The position numbers and the translations under genes were made by a program. A stretch of 64,000 nt of DNA from the human T2T-CHM13v2.0 reference genome, Homo sapiens, in the NCBI RefSeq assembly GCF_009914755.1, contig NC_060925.1. The stretch is one strand, 5' to 3'. The notes under the pieces are model-generated. The model was not told the DNA's origin. It worked only from the letters and a program-made list of their open reading frames with translations, and did not search any database. Of this stretch, positions 1 to 11,970 are shown in pieces; position 1 is the first letter of the stretch, and the number at the start of each line of letters is the position of its first letter.

Positions 1-519
1 CCTGTTGCAGAGCCAGCACTTGAACTGATTCTAAAAATTGCCACTCTTCCCACTCTACCTCATTGTGTTATGTTTTCCAACTTCTAGAGAAGATAAGGCA
101 GATCCATGCGACACAGACACATGTCAGCCACCTGTGACCACACTGCTTCTCTAGTGCTTTCCTACCGTGGGAGATAAACACCCCCCAGACTCTATCTAAG
201 GCTACGCTTTCATGAGCCTTTTGCTTGCAGACTCACCCAATTAACAAAATTCTTTTGGACTTTTGATAATAAAACCTGTGCATGGAAGATTGAGGTTTTG
301 ACATCTACCATAGTACAGTATGTGCTAACTAGGTCACCATCAGTAAAAATTGCCATTTGAAGTGTCACAAAATCTTGCCATGAAATCACTCATGAATCCT
401 TCTAATCCTCCTTTCTTGACCCTGATTGATTACAACTGGAATGAGTAAGTATGGGAGGAATCTTTGATCCACTTTCCAATTGGCCAACTAATTTTGACTT
501 GTACCTTGAATGTGACACT

Positions 520-940
520 TGACTTGGAAGGATCCCTAAAAACAGGCTGGTCCTACCTCCTAGGCTACGCCCGGAGGAAGACTGTTAGGGCGACTGAGGC
601 ATGTGGTAGGAGCTCTCCATGGGTTTGGGAATCCTCTCTTTTTTCCACCTGCAACCTACTTTCCAGCAGCCGCCACTCAACATTGACAGAGGACAGACTC
701 TAATACTGTCTCTTCTCATGTTTGAAGCTCCAATTATCATCTCTTCTCCAGGCAAAACTTGTAGTTACTTGAAGCCTATATAAGATTGAGTGTTTATTAC
801 GTGTTTTCCTTGTATTCTCTCTCTCCATTCTCACACATCTTATGGAGAAGGCACCATGGCTTCCAGGCCCCTCTCCATCCTGGTCAGCCTTGTTTAACCA
901 TGTTATAATTTGACAAAAGTATCTTAATACATGGGGCCTG
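520..940 (-). mobile_element. L3/CR1 LINE fragment (ancient)
   Basis: Degenerate match to the reverse complement of the CR1/L3 3' region (cttggaaggatccc..., ctcttctccaggcaaaac, ttccaggcccctctccatcctggtcagcc). Confidence 0.55.
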
Positions 941-1333
941 TCATCTAAAGTTAATCAAGTAAAAGGTTATTAATCTCACCTGTTTCCCTTCAATTTCATC
1001 CTTTCACAATGGTATGTCTATAAATCTCCCTCTGTTCCTGTCTCTTTCCCTCCCTCCCTCTCTCTCTCTTTTTCTGCCTCTTTTGCCCAAAGTGTAACGT
1101 ATTCCACATGCACAATATGGAAGTGTTCTTTTTTCACTAAACATATATCATGGATTTTCCTCTTGGTTAATGTATACAGATCTATTTTCAGAAGCTGAAC
1201 AACAGCCATTATTTGGATGTAACATAATTAACCATTTTCTTCTTGAGGAATATTCCGGTTGTTTCTTTTTCTTTTTCTTTCCTTGTGTGTGTGTGTATGT
1301 ACACTTTACCTTCCCTCCTTTTTTCATTCCTTC

Positions 1334-1702
1334 TGTCAACTGAAAAATCACACAATGTATACATTTAGAAAGGAGGCTTTATTTTTTATAAAGGCTTAGA
1401 GCCTGCAGGGTCCTGACAGGCTGGGAGGTGTAGCCTCCGGTAGAGGCCATGAGCAAGCACTGTGAAGGCGGAAAGGCGAGACAGGAAGGTATGCCACAGA
1501 GAGTTCATTCTGTCAGTCCTATGATCTCTATGTTAACATTAATTCTGGGCTGTTGTGGCTAAACTGCAAAAGGAAAGGTGCTTAATGAGGCCTGCCTGAC
1601 CTCCCACCCCATCATGTTTTTAAGATTTTTCCGGGGTCCCCTTGGCCAAGAGAGGGTCTGTCCAGTTGGTTGAGCGGCTTAAGATTTTATTTGTAGTTCT
1701 CA
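1334..1702 (-). mobile_element. ERV1 MER4-group solo LTR with internal deletion (MER39/MER49-like)
   Basis: Both ends are reverse-complement homologous to the ends of the LTR at 40453-41138 (tgtcaactgaaaaat...; ...ccccttggccaagagagggtc...aagattttatttgtagttctca). Confidence 0.65.
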
Positions 1703-1759
1703 CTTTCTTCCCTGTCCCCCTATTCCCTCTTTCTTTCTTGAAACTCAATATATAAAGTT

Positions 1760-2740
1760 GCAATAAGCATCTAGCTCTTTTCCTTTTGTCTTTTGGCACT
1801 GTTATTTCTATAACATACACAAATACTGCCAAGAAGCCAAAGTTTGTACCTCCTTCACCAACGTAAGCAGGTACTAATTTTTTCTACAACCTTAACAGTG
1901 ACAGACATTATTACAAATTTTAAATTTTACCTAGTAGTTTTTTAAAGTTTGCCAATTTTTTATTGCATTATTTGTCCTTTTTGCATCAATATTTAGAAGG
2001 CTTTGACTATGAAGAATATTAACTGTTTGGTTGCCATATGTGTGTTCAATAATTTTTCCTACTATTTGATTTCTGGCATTATCTATGATATCTTTCATTA
2101 TACAGAATATTTTAAATTCATATAGTTATATATGTCCTATATTTTCTTTATAAATCTTGAATTTCCTGTCATGTGTAAGAATGTTTTACTCATCCCAGGG
2201 TTATACAAATATTTGCCTACATTTTCTGATACTTTTATTGGTCAATTGCTGCATTTAGATCTTTCATTTATCTTAGGTTTGTTTTTGCACATGGAGTGAA
2301 ATTGAAATCTACTGTATTTTATTCCTGACAGATAAACAATTAAACATCTTTTTTCTCACTGCAAATAATGTCACATTGATTATATATTCTTGGTATTCTT
2401 TCTTGTCTTTCTGTTCTAGTTCATTGATCTAATCATCCATTTCTTTGTCAACCCCTTACTATTTTGATTAGGGTTATTATAGTTTTATCTGGTAAGGCAT
2501 GTTCCCCACCCCTCCAAACTAGTTCCAGAAAACACCAAATGCATTGGCATTCCGATTGAGATTACCTTCAAAATACAAATTCATTAAGGGAGATTGTTTT
2601 TCAATGGTAAGTTCTCCCATTGGGCACGAGGTAAACTTCCCAGTTCATTTTGGCTCTGGTTTTGTGCCTTTCAATGAGATTTTATAGCTTGCTTCAATGG
2701 GTTCTGCCCCCTCTTGCTAAATTTTAAAACTATATATAAA
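1760..2740 (-). mobile_element. Old L1M LINE fragment
   Basis: T-rich antisense L1 ORF2/3' character (tttagatctttcatttatc, ttttgattagggttattatag). It probably continues left of the LTR (~1080-1333). Confidence 0.55.
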
Positions 2741-2794
2741 ATTAAAACAGCTTTTTGAGATTCTGTTCAAGATTCTAAACTCTCTTCTTTACAC

Positions 2795-3225
2795 TAGTGC
2801 CTCTTAAAACCACCTTCATTGGAATCACATTGTAAAACACTTATAAAAATGTATATTCTGGCTGGGCGCAGTGGCTCACGCCTGTAATCCCAGCACTTTG
2901 GGAGGCCAAGGCAGGCGGATCCTGAGGTCAAGAGATCGAGACCATGCTGGACAACATGGAGAAACCCCGTCTCTACTAAAAATACAAAAATTAGCTGGCG
3001 CACGCCTGTAGTCCTAGCTACTCAGGAGGCTGAGGCAGGAGAATCACTTGAACCCGGAAGGCAGATGTTGGCAACAGAGTGAGACCCCGTCTCAAAAAAA
3101 CAAAAAAGTATGTTCCTATGTCCCCCAAAACTTAAGTCAAAATCTCTGGGTGTGCCCTAGAAACCTGCATTTAAATGAATTCTTACAGGTGTCACCTGTG
3201 TACACTGAAGGCCGAGGGCATTGCT
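2795..3225. mobile_element. MER5-like hAT-Charlie MITE interrupted by Alu
   Basis: cattggaatcac... before the Alu and ...aaaatctctgggtgtgccctagaaacctgcattta...caggtg after it. Confidence 0.5.
2860..3107 (+). mobile_element. AluS (AluSc-like) with internal deletions
   Basis: ggctgggcgcagtggctcacgcctgtaatcccagc start, A-rich linker and A-tail. About 35 bp of the right arm is missing. Degenerate TSD aaaatgtatattc / aaaagtatgttc. Confidence 0.95.
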
Positions 3226-3966
3226 TTGTCTACTTTACCCAAATAAGACCAAACATGCAACCTCTCCACACTTCCCTGTTTAACTGAGTTGGAATAGATC
3301 AGTTTCCAACACCTTCTCCCACTTGAACTTTTGAACAACCCCATCCCACTGCTTTGGGGGCCATGAGAACTGATGTGTGCCTCTCAGGAGGAGCATACCA
3401 GCATCTGTCAGGATACATTTTTAAAATGAGCTGATAATGCCTAAGACCATCATTGTTGATTCTGGCAAGGCTTCAAATAGCAGCAACCAGCAAATATTTC
3501 GCCCTTCCCGTGGTTTCTGGCAGTGTTGCAGCTGTTGCCTCATCTAGTGAACATGCCGGGCCTAAGGGCAAACAGACACTTAATTAGGTTAGGGTGAGCT
3601 TCAAAAACTCGAGAGTAGGCATAGCAGTAATGACCACCACACTTTCTCACTAAGAATACTCAATGCGTGCAAAGAAATAATTATCCCAAGAAGCCATGGT
3701 TTCTTTCCTCTACCCCCCACCTTTTTTGGCTGTTTTATTTGAGATCCATGACCTGATAGAATTACTCATTCAAAGAATGCAGTGGTGTTCAATCACACAA
3801 TAGGAGCCATGCTCTATGAAATACCTGAAAGCCAGTGTTGGTCTTTAGATGTGAGTTTCAGCATGAGCTGAGTTTCAACAACGCTTGGTATCAACAGCAG
3901 AGTCCTATTAACAGAAGAAAAACAGTCCAATCCTGGCCTGACAGAAAAATCAAGGTGAACATGCTC

Positions 3967-4262
3967 TTTTTCTTCTTTTTTTTGAGACAGAGTCTCTCTC
4001 TGTTGCCCAGGCTGGAGTGCTGTGGTGCAATCTCGGCTTACTGCAATCTCCGCCTCCCGGGTTCAAGCAATTCTCTGCCTCAGCCTCCTGAGTAGCTGGG
4101 ATTATAGGCACCTGCCATCATGCCTGGCTAATTTTGGTATTTTTAGTAGAGATGGGGTTTCACCATCTTGGCCAGGCTGGTCTTGAACTCCTGACCTCGT
4201 GATCCACCCGCCTCGGCCTCCCAAAGTGCTGGGATTACAGGCATGAGCCACTGCCCCTGGCC
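3967..4262 (-). mobile_element. AluS (AluSg-like)
   Basis: Full-length antisense Alu with TSD gtgaacatgctct on both sides. Confidence 0.96.
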
Positions 4263-4668
4263 CAAAGTGAACATGCTCTAACCAAAAAGAGACTCAGTTT
4301 TCTTAAAAAATTCATGCTTGGTTGGTCAGACCATGCCCAGTGGGACCATTGTGGACATTTTCAACATAGTTGACTATATATTTTATTGATTGTTGTTGTA
4401 CAAAATGACAACCATCTGCTACCTAGAAGCAAGGATCTCATATGGTCAAGCTGGAATTCAGGGGGCATCTTTTGTCTTTTGAGACTGACCAGAGCAGCAG
4501 TACTTCTTTCTGTCCTTCATCTCAGTCACAGACTGAGGGGACCGCTGGTCCATCAAGGGCCAGAGGAAACTAGATCACAAATGCACATGTGTGCACATAC
4601 ATATTCATCTATTCTAGCCTCCATTTATTTGGTTGTCTCATTGCCTATGCTATTTCTTATTTCATTGT

Positions 4669-4670
<2 letters not shown>

Positions 4671-4710
<40 letters not shown>
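4671..4710. repeat. (TG)20 microsatellite
   Basis: Perfect TG run. Confidence 0.97.
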
Positions 4711-4714
<4 letters not shown>

Positions 4715-4999
4715 GCTGTTATGATGGCTTTGTGGTTTGTCAATTCAGCTAGGCTAGGGTACATTCCCCAGAATTTCCCAGTATGTGAGAGGGGTGGGCT
4801 ATACCAGATACTCTCTCATAAAGGGTGGAAGGGAAGACGCAGGCATTCTGTAGCATGCACGCACTTTCTCCTAGGTGCTTCTGTGAAGAGACTTCACAGA
4901 TATAAATAAAGTCCTTAATCAGTTGACTTTAAATTAGGGAGATTATCTTGGGTGGATTTTAATCAATTGAAATGCCTTAAAAGAGGACATATGTCTTTC

Positions 5000-6388
5000 T
5001 GTGTCCGGAATTGGTGGGTTCTTGGTCTCACTGACTTCAAGAATGAAGCCGCGGACCCTCGCGGTGAGTGTTAACAGCTCTTAAGGTGGCGCGTCTGGAG
5101 TCTGTCCCTTCTGATGTTCAGATGTGTTCGGAGTTTCTTCCTTCTGGTGGCTTCGTGGTCTCGCTGGCTCAGGAGTGAAGCTGCAGACCTTCGCGGTGAG
5201 TGTTACAGCTCTTAAGGCAGCGTGTCTGGAGTTGTTCGTTCCTCCCGGTGGGCTCGTGGTCTCACTGGGCTCAGGAGTGAAGCTGCAGATCTTCACAGTG
5301 AGTGTTACAGCTCATAAAAGCAGCGTGGACCCAAAGAGCGAGCAGTAGCAAGATTTATTGCAAAGAGCGAAAGAACAAAGCTTCCACATTGTATAAGGGG
5401 ACCCGAGCGGGTTGCCAATGCCGGCTCGGGCAGCCTGCTTTTATTCTCTTATCTGGCCCCACCCACATCCTGCTGACTGGTAGAGCCCAGTGGCCTGTTT
5501 TGTCAGGGCGCTGATTGGTGTGTTTACAATCCCTGAGCTAGATACGAAGATTCTCCATGTCCCCATCAGATTAGTTAGATACAGAGTTTCGACACACAGG
5601 TTCTCCAAGGCCCCACCAGAGCAGCTAGATACAGAGTGTCAATTGGTGCATTCACAAACCTTGAGCTAAACACAGGGTGCTGATTGGTGTATTTACAATC
5701 CCTGAGCTAGATATAAAGACTCTCCACGTCCTCACCAGAGTCAGGAGCCCAGCTGGCTTCACCCAGTGGATCCCGCACCGGGGCTGCAGGTGGAGCTGCC
5801 TGCCAGTCCTGCGCCGTGCGCTCGCGTTCCTCAGCCCTTGGGTGGTCGATGGGACTGGGTGCCGTGGAGCAGGGGGTGGTGCTCGTCGGGGAGGCTCGGG
5901 CCACACAGGAGCCCATGGAGTGAGTGGGAGACTCAGGCATGGCGGGCTTCAGGTCCCGAGCCCTGCCCCGCGGGAAGGCAGCTAAGGCCCAGCGAGAAAT
6001 CGAGCACAGTGCCGGTGGGCTGGCACTGCTGGGGGACCCAGTACACCCTCCGCAGCTACTGGCCCGGGTGCTAAGTTCCCCATTGCCTGGGGCCAGCAGG
6101 GCTGGCTGGCTGCTCTGAGCGCGGGGCCCACCAAGCCCACGCCCACCCGGAACTCCAGCTGGCCCGCAAGCGCCGCACGCAGCCCGGTTCCCGCTCGTGC
6201 CTCTCCCTCCACACCTCCCTGCAAGCTGAGGGAGTGGGCTCCGGCCTTGGCCAGCCCAGAAAGGGGCTCCCACAGTGCAGTGGGGGGGCTGAAGGGCTCT
6301 CAAATGCTGCCAAAGTGGGAGCCCAGGCAGAGGAGGTGCCAAGAGCAAGTGAGGGCTCTGAGGACTGCCAGCACGCTGTCACCTCTCA
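5000..6388 (-). mobile_element. LTR12C (ERV9/HERV9) solo LTR, full length
   Basis: Reverse complement begins tgagaggtgacagcgtgctggcagtcctc and ends gaacccaccaattccggacaca. It has a GC/CpG-rich U3, CCAAT repeats and tandem U5 repeats. 4-bp TSD tttc at 4996-4999 and 6389-6392. Confidence 0.96.
5410..5690 (-). promoter_or_regulatory. LTR12C core promoter (AATAAAA TATA-like box, GATA site, CCAAT/NF-Y boxes), directed leftwards
   Basis: On + strand: ttttatt 5439-5445, cttatct 5448-5454, and attgg boxes at ~5514, ~5642 and ~5683. Activity is not demonstrated. Confidence 0.6.
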
Positions 6389-8536
6389 TTTCCTGGAAAG
6401 AGAGCAAGCAGTTCCTCTCTGTGGACAGTAGTTTTAGTCCATGCATGTGGTGTGTGTGCATTGTTTTTGTTTGTGCGTCTGGGGGGGGGGGTGTTGTGTT
6501 TGTATGTGATATATGTATTGTATGGTATGAGTATGCTGTTTGTGTATATGTGTCGTGTCTGGGGGGTGTGTGTGGTGTATATGCGCATGCACACTTCACC
6601 CTGCACACTAGACCAGAAATAAAACCAGGTTCATTTTCAAGACCTATTCCAGATTGAGCCCAAGGCCTTCCTGGTTCATTCTCAAACTGGGTTTTAGTGA
6701 GAGATACCAACATAAAATTGGGGTTGCTTGACCCGATATATCGTTATTCATCTGATGTCCAATTTATCAGTTGCTCAATTTTCCAGTCATTGTGGCATAA
6801 AATGCAAAACTATTCATGCAGAAACATTCACTGAATTCAACAGATCTTGGAATATTTGATCCCCTCAGGCCATCACCTGTCACAGATACGACAGATACAT
6901 TAGGCTGTTTGCAAGTGAGAGAATTATATAGCATTTTAAAAATACCAAGAGAGGATCAAGTTTGTCAGGAATAAATTTTGTGTAATAACTTCTATGAAGA
7001 GAAGCTGATGTGTTCAATGGAGATTGACAAAGGAAGCCTAAATTGAAGGGGAAGCCTGACAAAATGACGGGCAGTTGCCCAGTCTATTCTGGAGAATAAG
7101 CAGGCCACTGCTCCTAGAATGGCAGCCTGCAGGACTGAGTGGACTGTGAACCTCCAAGAAGATACCCAGGCTGCTCTCTGTGCCTGCTGGAGCTTGCCAC
7201 TGGAATGAGAGTCTCTGTTCTTTGTCTCTCTAAATACGTAAAGGAAGGGCTCTGTCTTCCATGACAGCTGACCACACAACAGGGTCATCTTTTCCAGACC
7301 AGTAAGATAATGTTGGCAGAAGGTTTTAGTCTCTTAAGAACAAAAGTGATGTGCATATGTAGGAATGGATTAACAACCACGGGGAGCGGATCCCTGCTTC
7401 TCAGATCTAACTCATTAAATATCGTGATGTAACTGCTGGCTCCCACTAATAAAACACAGATCCCAGTCAACACAGCCTAATAAGATAATCCTTTCTATTA
7501 TGATAATATCTTTGAAATGAGTTTTTAATTATTATTTTTACAAAGCATCTGCAGGTGTTTAGCCTATCACGTTGGCCCATTAGCTGAGCAATCCCAAACT
7601 GAGATTTTATTATTCTTATTACTACTATTTTTGCTAGAGGATATAGCGCCTTCTTCATTAACTGTAGATCATTTCAACAAGGAATTCTTTTGACTGTATT
7701 TAAGTGCAGAGTTTTCTTTTTGCCCCCTTCCTCTTTTCCTAGCTTAAGCCAAAATTTTTAAATATGCAAATAAGACTGCCTCCCCCACCCTACATTAATA
7801 GCTGTATCCTCAAATAGTGTCTCTGCTCGTGCCTGTTGAGGCAGCTCTCTGGGCCATTACCCTAGAAGCATGCTGCCGCCTGTTCAGTAAGAGGAGGATG
7901 GTTCTCATCTTAAGTAGGCTGGGCCCCACTCCATGGCATGGCTCTTGAGAATCGTTAGGAGATGGGGAGATGGGATGGTTAGTGACAGCAACTCCAGTCT
8001 GACAAGGTGGTTAGCTCATTGCTCATTCTTTTGTTCCTTTGACAGCTGTTGAAGGAATGGAGGGATGAAAGAGGCTTGCTCCAGGGATGTAGGCATGAGC
8101 TGGACCATGCCTGGCAGAAGCAGCAATGTGGGGAGAGCCCGAGGCAGTGTGAGGGCTGCAGCTTTGCCTCCTCAAGATTGCCACGGGGACCCTTTCTGAA
8201 AACCAGCAGGTGTCCGTAGACAGGACTTAAAATGTCAAGATGTCAGTATCACAATTTAGGGATTGGGGAGAGAGGAAAATTATAATAATTGCTGTGGAGT
8301 TTAATCCACATGGTACAAACGGGCAGCCTGTGACCTAAGTGTGACCCATGGACATTTTTTGGTTTTCCCCCACAGAGTTGAGCCACATTGTATTTTTTTA
8401 AAAAATATATATTCAATTGTGCATTACCACTTAAAGCAGATTTCACATAACATTTTCAAATTCCAGCTGACCTCAAAGAATCAGCAAATGTGGTCACCCT
8501 GGGTGCATGCTCCTACATGCAACAATGGCAGGTGCT

Positions 8537-8620
8537 GGGCTGCAGGAACTCCTTTCCACGGAATGGAATTCTCCGCTGGGGCTGCAGGAACTCCTTTCCA
8601 CAGAATGGAATTCTCCGCTG
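8537..8620. repeat. 42-bp tandem duplication
   Basis: gggctgcaggaactcctttccac[g/a]gaatggaattctccgctg x2, one mismatch. Confidence 0.95.
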
Positions 8621-9068
8621 GGGTAGTTCCCACTCCTCTCTGCCATCTCCCCAACACGGAGCTCACGCGTCTGCTCTCTGTCCCTGTACATGCACTGTTT
8701 ATTGCACTGAAGATGAGGAAGACATCACCTTGTAGGAAGTGACAAGCAGTCACACAAGCTTAAAATGCAAACAGAGAATGTTGAAAGAACACAACATAAG
8801 GTGCTTTTATGAAACAACTTTGACCACTCTACCCATTTACATTATTATGATTTCCCCAGCCTTGATGGTATTAGGGGTTTTGAACCATATTTTTACTGGA
8901 TTTGGGGACATCTTTTTTAAATGGCATAGAAGACAGGTGTGTTTTGATAGAGGTGGGCATTGTGAGAATGTCCAGGGCAAAAGTTCTGCCAGGCAGGGGC
9001 CCTGAGACACCTGGGGAGGGCACGTTTCTGAGCTCACAGAAGAAGGGCTTCTGGAATTCAGGAGGAGG

Positions 9069-9180
9069 TAGGGTGGCCAACTGTCCCAGTTTTCCGGGAT
9101 CTGAGGGGTTCCTGGAATGCAGAACTTTCAGTGCTAAATACAGGAAAGTCCCTGCTCTATAGGGGTGGTTGGTCAGGCTA
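9069..9180. mobile_element. MER81 (hAT-Blackjack MITE)
   Basis: Terminal inverted repeats tagggtggccaac / gttggtcaggcta and an exact 8-bp TSD ggaggagg (9061-9068, 9181-9188). Confidence 0.85.
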
Positions 9181-10364
9181 GGAGGAGGCTCAGCAAAGTG
9201 GTCAAGGGATCACTAGAATGAGCCCTGCCTTCTTCACAACTTTGTCCGGAGAGAAACTCAGTGGTTACTCCTCTCACTCTCTTGGGCCTAGACGTGGCTG
9301 GTTCCCTGGGACCCTGGAGTCTCACTTGTCACTAAGGACTGTGCATACATAATGCTGGTGTGCCTAATTCCCTTAGTGTTCTGTGGAACAGATCTGGCCT
9401 GGGTTTAGGCTTGGAGTTCCTTTGAGAAATTCAAATGGTTAGTCAATTTGGTTTGCTTCTAGCTCATAAGTTCCCTGGAGTCTCCCTGAGCTGGAGAAAG
9501 AGGGGCTGGGAGCCATTGACAGGCATGTTGGGTGCTAAAAAGGACAAGCATAACACTAAAATAAAGTTGCTTGGCCTGAAATATTGTTATTCATCTGGTT
9601 TCTAGTTTACCAATCACTCTACCTGAAGATTCCCTGAAGAGTCATTTTAAAGAGAAAACGATTAGTTACCCTCGGCAGAAGAGGATCTGTAGCATCACCT
9701 CTTTTCAGGGTCATTTTCTCCATGTCAAATGGCTGTCCCCCAAGCCTCCCCTTGCCCAATCCCCATCCTTCCCTATTTGGACACAGCCCAGCATTCGCCT
9801 CCCTAGTGATTCCTTCCTAGCCCAACTCCACCTGGCTCAGTCACCGCCATCAACCTCCTGGTCCCCTGGGCTCCCCTGCATCCTGATGACCGAGCACCAT
9901 GTTCATATGTAATTCAGATTTCACTACATTGGAATATCTGATAAGTCTATCTGGGCTCAGCTGAGTTTTATTGTGGCTTATATTTTATGAAAAAAGCCTT
10001 TCACAAAACAAACGAATACTGACAACAAAATTACATGCACGTTTGCTTTAATAAAGAGGACAATCTGCCAAAATTCTCTTCATGCTTTGGGGCCTACTTC
10101 AAATCCCTTGACATCTGTAATAAGTCTGGCACACAATGCAGGCTGGATGCCTTCTCTTTCCTCTTCTGGAAACCTTCCCTCATCATCATCCAGGCCTAAT
10201 TGACCTCTCCCTCCTCTGATCTTCATGGCGGTTTGGGGCCTGGAACTTCTTTGAGTGTGAACTTGCTCCTTCTGTAGTCGATTTTTCCCAGTGTGTACCA
10301 TACACCTTTCCCGGGTCACTTCGGATGCCTTGGTTTCACCCACCTCTGGTGTCTTCTACCTGCA

Positions 10365-10449
10365 GAACCGTGAGCCAAACAAACCTCTTTTCTTTATAAG
10401 TTACCCAGCTTCAGACATTCCTTCATAGCCATGCAAAGGTACTAAGACA
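10365..10449 (+). mobile_element. MST (MaLR) LTR 3' fragment, duplicated from 12315-12399
   Basis: gaaccgtgagccaaacaaacctcttttctttataa...actaagaca. Confidence 0.85.
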
Positions 10450-10529
10450 GCTTCTGCCTAAGATTTCACTGGGGAAAAGTAACTCCGTTGCTGAATTGTG
10501 TCTTTGGCCTCTTTCTGAACCAGTCACCA

Positions 10530-10990
10530 CGTGGTGACCAGCTCTGCACAGGCTGTGACCAACTCCAGTCAGCACAGCCCCACTGTGGCTCACTCATGCC
10601 TGGAGCCTATGCCCTGTGTCTCCTTCCCAGTTGATGCTGAGACATGAGCTGTTGCATGACCCACAAGGTGACCACACATGCTCAACCTAAAGTGTGGGGG
10701 ACACTCTGCAGAACAATTTATGACCAACAGGAAACAACAGCCAAAGGATGAATTCTTCCCGCCTTTCTGTCTTCGGGACCCATTGCTCTGAGACATATTT
10801 AGCCTTATAGCCTCTGAAAAGATGGCCTCGTGTGACCGAGTAGTCAGTAGAGGTTGGTTGGTAGTGCATCCTGCTAGGGGCTCCCCATCTTTCCCTTTGC
10901 TCTTTCCTGCATCCTGGTAGGAGAATGCCTAGTACGACAGTTGCATGTTAACTCTGGCCTCAGGTAGTATTTTTTGGGGAACTCAAGCAT
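10530..10990 (+). mobile_element. Old ERVL LTR (LTR16/LTR33-like)
   Basis: The 3' end gcatgttaactctggcctcagg...ttttggggaactcaagc resembles LTR16/33 termini. Confidence 0.4.
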
Positions 10991-11419
10991 ATATTTTTCA
11001 TATACTCCCCCCTTCAGTCACTTTCTTCCTACCTTTTTTGAAAGTGTCTTGAAGCCAAGTTAAGATGAAAACATGGAGGTTAATCCCAGGGATCAGTAAA
11101 TGGGCAACTTGTTGAGTCTGTGTATGGCTTGGTTCAGGGGGAGGAGCCACAAGGGCAGGATACAGAGAACAAATGGATGAACTGCGGTGTTCGTGGGTCT
11201 CATCACACACGGTACTTAGAGTTTTCTCTGTTTTTGTTTTCAACCAGGCTATTCTGGAAGGTTTAGAGGAGGCTGGGCATCTTCAGCAAAAAGATGATTG
11301 CCTGGGGCGTCAGTTTCAGTTTTGAAAATGTCACTGGAAGGAAAACCTCAAGTGATACTGTGGCTGTTTCTCCTGCATGTTTTTCCCCAGCTCTTAATTG
11401 TAGAATTTTGCCTTATTCT

Positions 11420-11780
11420 ACGATGGGAAAATATACATGCCGCAGAATTTACCACATTAATTATTTTTTGGTGTACAGTTCAGTGGCATTAAGTTCATTC
11501 ACATTGTGCTGCGACCATCAGCACCATCCATCTCCAGAACTCATTCATCATCCCGAACAGAAACTCATACCCATTTAAGACCAACTCCCCATTCCCCCTC
11601 CCACAGGCCACCATTCTACTTTCTGTCTCTATGAACCTGACTACTCTAGACCTCATATTAGTAGAATCATACAGGATTTGTCTTTTTATGACTGGCTTAT
11701 TTCACTTTGCGTAATGTCCTCAAGGTTCATCCACGTTATAGCATGTGTCAGAATTTCCTTTTGGTTTAAGGCTGAAAAAA
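11420..11780 (-). mobile_element. L1MB 3' end
   Basis: gtgtacagttcagtggcattaag...ccattctactttctgtctctatgaa...ttatttcacttt...cctcaaggttcatcc. Confidence 0.85.
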
Positions 11781-11970
11781 ATCATAGGATTTCAAAGCTT
11801 AAAATTCTAAAAGTTTTCCTCTGGTCACTGAGAGGAAAATCAGTGGGGTGTTGACAATGCCATGGGTGGACTGAGACCCCTCTGAGGCTGCTGCCTGAGT
11901 GACAGTAGGGGTTTACTGGGCTCGGGGAGGGGGCAGAGCTACTGTCTTCATCCACCCAGTACTGGGTTCC

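Larger units (their letters stand above)
4717..6445 (+). mobile_element. MLT2-type ERVL LTR, split by LTR12C
   Basis: tgatggctttgtggtttgtcaattcagctaggct start, then aatcagttgactttaaattagggagattatc. It resumes after the LTR12C as tttcctggaaagagagcaagcagttcc. Confidence 0.55.

Noticed and set aside
5040-5330. Regularly spaced repeats (gtgagtgttacagctc, ggctcaggagtgaagctgcaga), superficially CRISPR-like; similarly ggagctacccact repeats at 33230-33390
   Set aside because: They are intrinsic tandem subrepeats of the LTR12C and MER52A LTRs. The spacers are not unique, there are no cas genes and the DNA is eukaryotic.
6625-6685. Imperfect 16-bp direct repeat (ccaggttcattttcaa / cctggttcattctcaa); also a 14-bp tandem duplication at 32386-32412
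   Set aside because: Too short and isolated, consistent with ordinary slippage.
5081-6713. Dense overlapping ORFs up to 213 aa
   Set aside because: They lie in the GC-rich LTR12C and adjacent GT-rich low-complexity DNA, where stop-poor frames are expected. No protein homology is recognisable.
8150-9010. Possible hAT-Tip100 (Zaphod/MER45-like) remnant
   Set aside because: The resemblance is too vague to assign family or boundaries without a Dfam search.
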